Source of the DNA: Acidobacteriota bacterium
GTDB taxonomy: Bacteria > Acidobacteriota > Vicinamibacteria > Fen-336
DNA length: 64,000 bases
NCBI GenBank assembly: GCA_022340545.1
Contig: JAJDNV010000159.1
Location: 21,872-85,871 of the forward strand
Reading direction: 5' to 3'
Shown: positions 29,639 to 37,210 of the stretch, piece by piece
Position numbering within the stretch: the first letter of the stretch is position 1
Layout of the letters: each line of letters starts with the position of its first letter
Position numbers and translations under genes: made by a program
The notes under the pieces: generated by a model
Told to the model about the DNA's origin: nothing
Database searches by the model: none
Seen by the model: only the letters and a program-made list of their open reading frames with translations

Positions 29639-30178
29639 TTGAGCCGTCGGTGGGTGACGGCGGATAGAGGGAGTGACTTCTTGCCGCGGGTGTTTGCCTA
29701 CGGGAGCCTCATGGGGGACGCGGTTCTGGCGCGGTACCACGCGCGGCCGGCTCGGCTGGCCGGATACCACCGCGCCTTCCTCCACGAGTCGCTGCGACGC
29801 TGGGGTCAACCCGGGTCCCCCTGCCCCATCCTCGGCCTCTCGCCCGGAGGCGAGTGCTGGGGTCTCGTCTTCGACGTGCCCGCGTCCGATCGAGTCCGCG
29901 TCATGCGGGCCCTCGAGAAGCGGGAAGCCGCGAGCGAGCGCCGCCGTGAGACACATACCGTTGAAACGCCGGATGGACCGCTCCCGGCCGTGGTCTGGGT
30001 ATCTCGGAGCGCCAACGGCAACGGCTCTGACGGTTCGAGCCTCGAGGCACGCCTCCGGACGGCCCACGGCGTCGTGGGCACCGGTCCGGAGTACGTTCGG
30101 GGACTCGTGCACGCGATGGAGCTGCACGGCATCCGGGATTCACTGATCGACACCCTGTGGGAGCGGCTGCAAGGCTGA
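29639..30178 (+). CDS. gamma-glutamylcyclotransferase-like (ChaC/AIG2 fold) protein
   Basis: VFAYGSLM motif. The start may instead be the TTG at 29681, after AGAGGGA. Confidence 0.65.
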   Translation: MSRRWVTADRGSDFLPRVFAYGSLMGDAVLARYHARPARLAGYHRAFLHESLRRWGQPGSPCPILGLSPGGECWGLVFDVPASDRVRVMRALEKREAASERRRETHTVETPDGPLPAVVWVSRSANGNGSDGSSLEARLRTAHGVVGTGPEYVRGLVHAMELHGIRDSLIDTLWERLQG

Positions 30179-30185
30179 TTCACCC

Positions 30186-31295
30186 ATGCTCCTCTACATC
30201 ACCGCAGAAGACATCTTCGGCAGCGACAGACCCGAACGCGCCGGCCCCCGCCCCCTGCACCGCATCCCGGAGACGGTGGCCGGCCTCTTCGACCTGGGCC
30301 TGCGTCATCACATCCGCCCGGCGGTGATGGCCTGGCCGGGGGGCGAGGGGTTCGAGCCCGTTCCCGATTGGAAGCTGGACCGCCTGGCCATTCGAGTCGC
30401 GCTCCAGGGCCGGGAGCGGATGGGCGTGGAGCCGGGGGTCCGCGTGGCTCTCTTCGGCCGGCTGGGCTGGCTCTGGCCGGTCGTGGACTTCGCGGCGATG
30501 GGGTTCGGGGCGGTGCCGGTCGGTCTGGAGCACGACCTCTCGGACGACACCCTCGTCGAGGTCGTTGAGCGGGCCGGCCCGCGGGTGCTCTTTGCCACGG
30601 ATCCCGGGAGCGTGGCGCGCGCACTGCGCCTGCGCCAGGAGGGACACCTGGGAAGCGCCACCCTCGTTGGCGAAGGACTGCCCGAGGAGGAGGGCCTGCT
30701 GCCCCTTTCGCGGCTCCTGGAGCTGGGGTCGATCCTCGACACCGCCGAGCGAGCCCAGGCCTTCCGTGCGTTCTCGCGTCAGATCGCACCCGAGAGCGAG
30801 GCGATGTGGCATGCCGGATCGGAGGGCCTGTCCCGCCTGACCCACCGGGAAGCGATGGGCCGGCTCGAAGGGCGGCTGAGAGCCCACCCGGCACAGAAGG
30901 GCGACGTCGCCTTTGTCGATGGACCCCGGGTGACTCTTGGGGTGCGCCTCACCCTGGCCGCCTTCGTTGGGGACGGTCTCACCACGACCGCCCTGGGCCG
31001 GGAGGGGAGAGCAGACGAGGACGTCGCCGTGCTCCGGCCCCACAAGATGGTCCTGTGCGGAGACTGGCTCGAGGCGACCTGCGAGGGCCAGGCCCCCCGG
31101 TGGCCGGCAGGGCTCGACCGCCCACGGGTCCGACGCCGGCTGATGAAGCGCCTCGGCGGCCGTCTGCGCCGGGTCGAGACCGCGTCGGGCATCAGCGAGG
31201 GCACGGTGCGCGCCCTGGACACGGCGGGAGTGACGCACGAGGTGACGGAGACGGGGGCCAGCGAAGCCGTGCACGGAACGGAGACCGTGCACTGA
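30186..31295 (+). CDS. ANL-superfamily (AMP-binding) N-terminal-domain-like protein with a degenerate P-loop and no C-terminal subdomain
   Basis: GVRVALFGRLGWLWPVVDFAAMGFGAVPV...VLFATD resembles the ANL N-terminus. WHAGSEGLSRLTHREAM lies where TSGTTGxPKGVxLTHRN is expected. 7 bp after the GGCT-like gene. Confidence 0.5.
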   Translation: MLLYITAEDIFGSDRPERAGPRPLHRIPETVAGLFDLGLRHHIRPAVMAWPGGEGFEPVPDWKLDRLAIRVALQGRERMGVEPGVRVALFGRLGWLWPVVDFAAMGFGAVPVGLEHDLSDDTLVEVVERAGPRVLFATDPGSVARALRLRQEGHLGSATLVGEGLPEEEGLLPLSRLLELGSILDTAERAQAFRAFSRQIAPESEAMWHAGSEGLSRLTHREAMGRLEGRLRAHPAQKGDVAFVDGPRVTLGVRLTLAAFVGDGLTTTALGREGRADEDVAVLRPHKMVLCGDWLEATCEGQAPRWPAGLDRPRVRRRLMKRLGGRLRRVETASGISEGTVRALDTAGVTHEVTETGASEAVHGTETVH

Positions 31296-31347
31296 TCGTT
31301 CCCGCGGCCGGCCACGCGCCGCTGCGGGCGAGAGGAGGCAGAAGACG

Positions 31348-33306
31348 ATGGAGACGACGCTTCAGCAGATCGGCGATCTCGCCTGGCGGGCCTTCCAGTC
31401 GGTGAACACCCGCGTCCCCGAGGGACGCTCGGTCGAGCCGGACTGGGCGCCGGGACCCCTGCCGAAATCGCACGAGAGGACGCGTCCGCCCCTCGGCTAT
31501 CCTCGCGAGACGGACTCGCTGTGCCCCCAGTGCGTCATCGAGACGCGGAGGAAGCTCCTGAACGGGGAGCGCGATCTCAAGGACCTCGTCGACGGCCACA
31601 TCGGCGAGGTCAAGGCCACGTTCTACGAGAAGGGCAAGGAGCTCTGGGTCACCAAGACCTGCCCCGAGCACGGGACCTTCGACGACATCCGCTCCATCGA
31701 CGTCGAGTTCGACAAGGTCGTGGAGAGCCGCTTCCCCGGGCGCGACTACCGCACCTTCGGGGACGAGAACGTGCACCGCCACGGCACCTCGACCGTGCGG
31801 TACGGCCGCGGCGCGGTCCTGACCGTCGACCTCACCAACCGCTGCAACATGATGTGCAACCCCTGCTTCATGGACGCCAACCAGGTGGGGTACGTGCACG
31901 AGCTGACGCTCGAGGAGATCAAGAAGATCCTCGACGACTCGATCTCCTTCAAGCCGCGGCGGCAGATGGTGGTGCAGTACTCCGGCGGAGAGCCGACGAT
32001 GTCGCCCCACTTCCTCGAGGCCTGCGCCTACGCGAAGAAGGTGGGCTACAAGCTCATCCAGGCCGCGACCAACGGCATCCGCTTCGCCCTCGAGCCCGAG
32101 TTCGCCTTCCAGGCGAAGGAGGCGGGGCTCGACATGGTGTACTTCCAGTTCGACGGGACCACCAACGAGGCCAACTCCCACCGTCACATCACCAACCTCT
32201 TCGACGTCAAGAAGATCGCCATCGACAACATCGCCGCCGCCGGGATCCGCATCACCCCGGTGGTGACCGTCGTCAACGGCGTGAACAACCACATGGTCGG
32301 TCCGATCTTCGACTTCTGCCTCGAGAACCACGACAAGATGGGCGGGCCCGCGTTCCAGCCGGTGTCCTTCACCGGACGTGACGAGGAGATCAGCGACGAG
32401 GAGCGATTGAAGCAGCGGTACACCACCTCGCACCTCGCCCACGACCTGGCGAAGTACTACGACGGCAAGATCGACCCCTACCGGGACTGGTACCCGCTGG
32501 GTTCCTCGACCGCCTTCGCCTCCCTCGCCGACCACCTGAGGGGACCGCAGTCGGACTTCGGACAGCTCAACTGCGGCTGCCACCCGAACTGCGGGGCGGC
32601 GACGATGATGGTGGCCAACGCCGGCACCGGCGAGTGGGCGACGCTGATGTCGTTCTTCAACCTCGACCAGTTCTTCAGGGACCTCGACGTGGTCGTCGAC
32701 TCCGCTCGCGGCAAGACCGCCACCATCGCCCAGATCGGCCTCTCCTTCCTCCGCAACTTCGACCAGAAGAAGGCCCCGAAGGGGATGACCCCGCTCCGGA
32801 TGCTGGAGCTGTTCAACGGGAAGATGGGCGGGACGGTGACCGGCGACGGCGAGGAGAAGAAGGGCGAGTGGCGCCTGACCACGATCCTGAGCATGTGGTT
32901 CCAGGACCTGTGGAACTACGACTTCCGCCGCACGGAGATGTGCGTGATCCCGTACGGCACCCAGGAGGGCGAGATCTCCTTCTGCGCCTACAACACCGGC
33001 GTGGGGTGGCGGAACATCATCGAGGAGATGCGCCAGGTGGCCACGACGAAGGACTGGTTCGCCGAGAAGGGCCGGCACCAGATCTACGCCGGCGACCGGC
33101 CCGTGGAGATGCCCCACGCCCTCAAGCGCAAGCTGCCGGTCGTTTCTGTCGAGGGAGGAAACGGGAACGGAGACGGCCACGAGCAGGCCCGGCCGGTGGG
33201 CGGCAACGGGAACGGCCAGGGTCACGCGAGGGCGGCCGACGGCGCCCCCCAGCCCGCCGGGCCGCACGCCCAGGGCGGCTGCGGCACCGGCTGCGGGGGC
33301 CACTAG
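31348..33306 (+). CDS. radical SAM enzyme with N-terminal rubredoxin-like Cys pairs and additional Cys clusters; possible MJ0619/Tes (GDGT-MAS)-family member; Gly/Asn-rich C-terminal tail
   Basis: CNMMCNPCF (CX3CX2C) followed by GGEPT. N-terminal CPQC...(45 aa)...CPEHG. Extra clusters CGCHPNCG and C..C. Tail GNGNGDGH...GNGNGQGH...GGCGTGCGGH. RBS GAGAGGAGG. Confidence 0.8.
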   Translation: METTLQQIGDLAWRAFQSVNTRVPEGRSVEPDWAPGPLPKSHERTRPPLGYPRETDSLCPQCVIETRRKLLNGERDLKDLVDGHIGEVKATFYEKGKELWVTKTCPEHGTFDDIRSIDVEFDKVVESRFPGRDYRTFGDENVHRHGTSTVRYGRGAVLTVDLTNRCNMMCNPCFMDANQVGYVHELTLEEIKKILDDSISFKPRRQMVVQYSGGEPTMSPHFLEACAYAKKVGYKLIQAATNGIRFALEPEFAFQAKEAGLDMVYFQFDGTTNEANSHRHITNLFDVKKIAIDNIAAAGIRITPVVTVVNGVNNHMVGPIFDFCLENHDKMGGPAFQPVSFTGRDEEISDEERLKQRYTTSHLAHDLAKYYDGKIDPYRDWYPLGSSTAFASLADHLRGPQSDFGQLNCGCHPNCGAATMMVANAGTGEWATLMSFFNLDQFFRDLDVVVDSARGKTATIAQIGLSFLRNFDQKKAPKGMTPLRMLELFNGKMGGTVTGDGEEKKGEWRLTTILSMWFQDLWNYDFRRTEMCVIPYGTQEGEISFCAYNTGVGWRNIIEEMRQVATTKDWFAEKGRHQIYAGDRPVEMPHALKRKLPVVSVEGGNGNGDGHEQARPVGGNGNGQGHARAADGAPQPAGPHAQGGCGTGCGGH

Positions 33307-33362
33307 ACGAAGGACGCCGCGGCTCTTACGGAGTCGCTGACGCCGGCTCAGGACCTCTGAGG

Positions 33363-34304
33363 TCAGATTCTCTCGGCGCGGGCCTTGAGATTCAGCAGCT
33401 GCTTGCGCTGCATGATGAGGTGGGCGGGGCCGAAGAACGCCTTCATCAGGAGGTCCAGCCAGATCGGCCGGACCAGGCCGCGGGTGCGCACGAGGAGCCG
33501 GGTCCGGGCCGGGCCGAGCTCTTCGAGGACGAACACCCAGGTGGCCCGCAGGAAGCGCGACGGCCTCGCCTCGGACCACTCGAGCTGGGCCAGCTTCGTG
33601 TAGTTGAAGTAGGTCCCGAGGACAAAGGTTTCCGGGGCCTCGAGCTCGAGTACCTCGAACCCTTCCGGGTGGCCGGGTCGCGCGGGCAGAACGTCGCCCA
33701 CCTTCGTCGCCTGGAGCTCGGGAACGAGTCGCTCAGCGCTGGGCCGCCCTCCGTTGTCCAGCCGGTCCCAGCTGTACCAGCCCGCCCGCTCGCAGCCCAT
33801 CTGGACGAGCCACGGCCAGACGGCTTCGCGTGAGGCCTCGATCGTGATGCCGTGCGTGGCCGGGTTCCGGGCCTCGGGGATCTGTCCGTCACCCGGCAGG
33901 TCCCGCTTGCTTTCCTGCCGCGTGGCGTGCCAACGCCACGCCGGACCCGCCCCCATCACCCAGACCGCGGCGCCCCAGGCCGAGAGGAAGATCAGGGTGA
34001 ACGGGATCCACGTGCCGATCGGGCTCTGGAACATGGCCCAGCTGCGCTCGATGAACGGCGCGACGAGCGCGGCGTCCATCACGACCACGACGCCGATGAA
34101 GACGGCAGCCACCCGCAGCGGCGTCGTCACCGCGAGGTACCGAGCATAGACGTACGCGAGGACCCCCGCGATGACCGGGGCCGCGGCCGCGTGCACGATG
34201 AGCGCGGTCTCCATGGGCACCAGGCTCCGGGCCACGGCGATGGTCGCACCGCACAGGCCCCAGCCAAGGAGTGCGAATCCGAAGAGAGCCAGCGTCCGGG
34301 CCAC
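33363..34304 (-). CDS. membrane-anchored SRPBCC (START/polyketide-cyclase-like) domain protein
   Basis: 4 N-terminal TM helices, then an SRPBCC-like C-terminal region. Confidence 0.65.
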   Translation of the reverse strand: MARTLALFGFALLGWGLCGATIAVARSLVPMETALIVHAAAAPVIAGVLAYVYARYLAVTTPLRVAAVFIGVVVVMDAALVAPFIERSWAMFQSPIGTWIPFTLIFLSAWGAAVWVMGAGPAWRWHATRQESKRDLPGDGQIPEARNPATHGITIEASREAVWPWLVQMGCERAGWYSWDRLDNGGRPSAERLVPELQATKVGDVLPARPGHPEGFEVLELEAPETFVLGTYFNYTKLAQLEWSEARPSRFLRATWVFVLEELGPARTRLLVRTRGLVRPIWLDLLMKAFFGPAHLIMQRKQLLNLKARAERI

Positions 34305-34342
34305 AGTACCCTCCTTCCCGGGGACGGCGAGTCTACGACGAA

Positions 34343-35314
34343 TCAGGGCCGAGCAACGGGCCGGTAGTCCGGATACCGAGCGTCGGCCTTCGAGAAGGTC
34401 ACCTGGCGCGCCTCGCCGTCGGCGAGGTGGTACCGGTAGATCTCCCAGCTGCCGGTCATTGTGGAGGCGAAGGCGATCTCCGAGCCGTCGGGCGAGTAGA
34501 CCGGGTCGTAGTTCAGGGCCGGCCAGTCCACGAGAACCGCCTCCTCTCCCGTCGCGAGATCGTGCTCGACGATCGCGCTCACGCTCTTGTCCTCCCGGGG
34601 GCGGCGGTGCACGTAGACGACCTTCGTCCCGTCCGGGCTGAACCGCGGCTCACAGCCACCGACCTCCGAGATCTGACGGGTCTCGCCGCTGGCCACGTCG
34701 ACGACGTAGATCTGGTGTCCCCTCTTCCAGTTGGAGGAAAAGACGATGCGCGTCCCGTCCGGGCTCCAGTGCGGGTTGCCCATGACAGTCCGTTCACCGT
34801 GGCGCACGAGGGGCCGCAGCTCGCTCGTCTTCTGGTCGAGGAGCCAGAGGGACTCGGCGCCCTCCCGGTTCGAGAGGAAGGCGAGGAAGCGGCCGTCCGG
34901 GGATTCGTCGACCTGCCACTCCCGATGGTCGTTGACGAGCACGCGCTCGGGCTCCCCGCCGTCGGCCGGGACCTTCCAGACCTGCCAGCTTCCCGAGCGC
35001 CGGGACGTGAACAGGACCGAACGGCCGTCCCGGGTCCACCGCGGCAACCCATCGTCGGCAGGATGGCTCGTCAGCTGGATCGACGGTCCGCCCTCGACCG
35101 GGACGATGTAGAGGTCCCGAGCGTCCTCCGGTCCCTGTCCGTAGACCAAGGCGCCCTCCGGAATGGCCCGACCGTCAGCACCCGGAGCCCCCGAGCTGGA
35201 GCCGTGGCATGCCACCAGGATCAGCGTGGCCAGGGCGCAGGCGGCGCGTCCTTCGACTCCCGTCCGCCCGGGCGGCCGGCGTCTTCTTCTCGCAGGTCGT
35301 CGCACGACGATCAC
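34343..35314 (-). CDS. TolB-like PD40 beta-propeller lipoprotein
   Basis: Lipobox LILVAC. Repeated SPDG..IAF/SPDGT.IVF PD40 motifs. Confidence 0.7.
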   Translation of the reverse strand: MIVVRRPARRRRRPPGRTGVEGRAACALATLILVACHGSSSGAPGADGRAIPEGALVYGQGPEDARDLYIVPVEGGPSIQLTSHPADDGLPRWTRDGRSVLFTSRRSGSWQVWKVPADGGEPERVLVNDHREWQVDESPDGRFLAFLSNREGAESLWLLDQKTSELRPLVRHGERTVMGNPHWSPDGTRIVFSSNWKRGHQIYVVDVASGETRQISEVGGCEPRFSPDGTKVVYVHRRPREDKSVSAIVEHDLATGEEAVLVDWPALNYDPVYSPDGSEIAFASTMTGSWEIYRYHLADGEARQVTFSKADARYPDYRPVARP

Positions 35315-35407
35315 CGTCGGCTATGATCGCACCACTCGGCGCCGGAAACGGGCGCATCGGCCCTCGGGTCTCGCCCCGGAGCGAACACGGCGAGGCGGGA
35401 GTGACAC

Positions 35408-36229
35408 ATGACTGACCTCATCACCGCACTGGACACCTTGCCACCGGCGCAACAGGCCCTGGCCGCCGGCTGCTTCACGTGGGTCATGACCGCCCTCGGG
35501 GCCGCCACCGTCTTCCTCAAGCGCGAGCCGAGCCGCCGCTCCCTCGACACCTCCCTCGGGGCCGCGGCCGGGATCATGATCGCGGCGAGCTTCTGGTCGC
35601 TCCTCGCCCCCGCGCTGGAGCTGGCGGAAGAGGGACCGCTGCCGGCCTTTGTCCCGGTGTCCTTCGGCTTTCTCGTCGGCGGGCTGGGTCTCTTCGCCGT
35701 GGACAGGATCCTGCCCCACGTTCACCCTCGCCTGGCGACCGCCCAGGCGGAGGGCATTCACACGACGTGGCGGCGCCAGACCCTGCTCGTGCTCGCCATC
35801 ACGCTTCACAACGTCCCCGAAGGGCTGGCGGTCGGCGTCGCCTTCGCGGCCGCGGCCAGCGGCTTCCCCGAAGCAACGATCGGAGCGGCCGTGGCCCTCG
35901 CTCTCGGCATGGGCCTTCAGAACGTGCCCGAGGGAGCGGCGGTGTCGTTTCCGCTCCGGCGGGAGGGGGTCTCGGCCGTCCGAAGCTTCTGGTACGGCCA
36001 GGTGTCTGGAATCGTCGAGCCGATCGCCGCCGTTCTCGGGGCGGTGGTTGTCCTTCAGGTCCGCGGGATCCTGCCCTACGCCCTCGCCTTCGCCGCCGGG
36101 GCCATGATCTTCGTGGTCGTGGAGGAGCTGATCCCGGAGGCCCAGCGCGCGGGAGACACGGACGCCCCTACTATCGGCGCGCTACTGGGCTTCGTGCTGA
36201 TGATGGTCCTCGACACCGCGATCGGCTAG
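35408..36229 (+). CDS. zupT: ZIP-family zinc transporter
   Basis: HNVPEGLAVG and LQNVPEGAAV motifs, 8 TM. Confidence 0.85.
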   Translation: MTDLITALDTLPPAQQALAAGCFTWVMTALGAATVFLKREPSRRSLDTSLGAAAGIMIAASFWSLLAPALELAEEGPLPAFVPVSFGFLVGGLGLFAVDRILPHVHPRLATAQAEGIHTTWRRQTLLVLAITLHNVPEGLAVGVAFAAAASGFPEATIGAAVALALGMGLQNVPEGAAVSFPLRREGVSAVRSFWYGQVSGIVEPIAAVLGAVVVLQVRGILPYALAFAAGAMIFVVVEELIPEAQRAGDTDAPTIGALLGFVLMMVLDTAIG

Positions 36230-36291
36230 TTGTGGCCTGAACGCTGGATTGGAGTCATTCAGACCACGCTCGACGCCCCTAATCGTTCATC

Positions 36292-36408
36292 GACCCCCCA
36301 CCCTATCCCTCCCCACGTAGGGGGAGGGAAAGGCTTGAGATAGGCCACGGACACCCGCGTGTCCCCAGGGAGAGGACACGCGGGCGAATCCCGGCCTGGT
36401 GGCCAGCG
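36292..36408 (+). repeat. ~110-bp intergenic hairpin repeat element, copy C
   Basis: Same element as copies A and B. Between convergent zupT and msrB. Confidence 0.6.
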
Positions 36409-36411
36409 TCC

Positions 36412-37014
36412 CTAGTCGTCTTGCTTCTCGAAGTCGAGGCTCGCGGAGTTGATGCAGTAGCGCAGGCCGGTCGGTCTGGGCCCGTCGTCGAAGACGTGTC
36501 CGAGGTGCCCGCCGCAGCGCCGGCAGAGAACCTCGATCCGACGCATGCCGAGGGTGCTGTCGTCCTTCGTTTCGACGTTCTCCCTGGCCACAGGGGCATA
36601 GAAGCTGGGCCAGCCGGTGCCGGACTCGAACTTCGTCTCCGAGGTGAAGAGGTCGGCGCCACAGGCGGCGCACTTGTAGACGCCCTTCTCGTGGTTGTCC
36701 CAGTAGCGCCCGGTGAAGGCCCTCTCAGTCCCCTTCTCCCGCAGCACCCTGTACTGCTGGGGTGAAAGGGTCTCCTTCCAATCCTGCTGGCTCTTGACCA
36801 CCTTGTCGGACACGACGAACCCCCCCTCCTCGACCGAGAACAGGCGCACGGTCCCCTGGCCTTCGCCCGCCGACACTTCCTCACCGGGAGCCGCGGCCTG
36901 GACAATTCCTGCGGACAGCAGTCGCTCGGGATCTCCCGGGCCCGGACGGAACGCCAAGAGCCACACCAGGGCGGTGATCGCGACGGCGGTGGCGTAGATC
37001 AAGGTCTTTCTCAT
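36412..37014 (-). CDS. msrB: peptide methionine (R)-S-oxide reductase MsrB with N-terminal membrane anchor/signal
   Basis: SelR motifs CAACGADLF...[16 protein letters not shown]...RYCINS. Start at the ATG at 37014 (MRKTLIY). Confidence 0.85.
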   Translation of the reverse strand: MRKTLIYATAVAITALVWLLAFRPGPGDPERLLSAGIVQAAAPGEEVSAGEGQGTVRLFSVEEGGFVVSDKVVKSQQDWKETLSPQQYRVLREKGTERAFTGRYWDNHEKGVYKCAACGADLFTSETKFESGTGWPSFYAPVARENVETKDDSTLGMRRIEVLCRRCGGHLGHVFDDGPRPTGLRYCINSASLDFEKQDD

Positions 37015-37210
37015 GGACTCTCCCGGGGCGGAGACCCGCACATCCCCCTACCATGGTGCAACGCCGGGAGGCCACTCGCCATTCCCGGCGGGACGACGAC
37101 CCGTGGGGGCGTAGGTGGTGTATGCTGCGGCATCGTTCCAGGTCAGACGTCCGGCGGCCCCCGCGGAGCAGGGGTTTTTCCTCGCCTGCGGGGCCGGGGA
37201 GGCGACGAAG

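Noticed and set aside
30199-30894. Minus-strand 231-aa ORF inside the ANL-like gene
   Set aside because: Pure Arg/Pro/Gly low complexity. The plus-strand frame has ANL-fold similarity.
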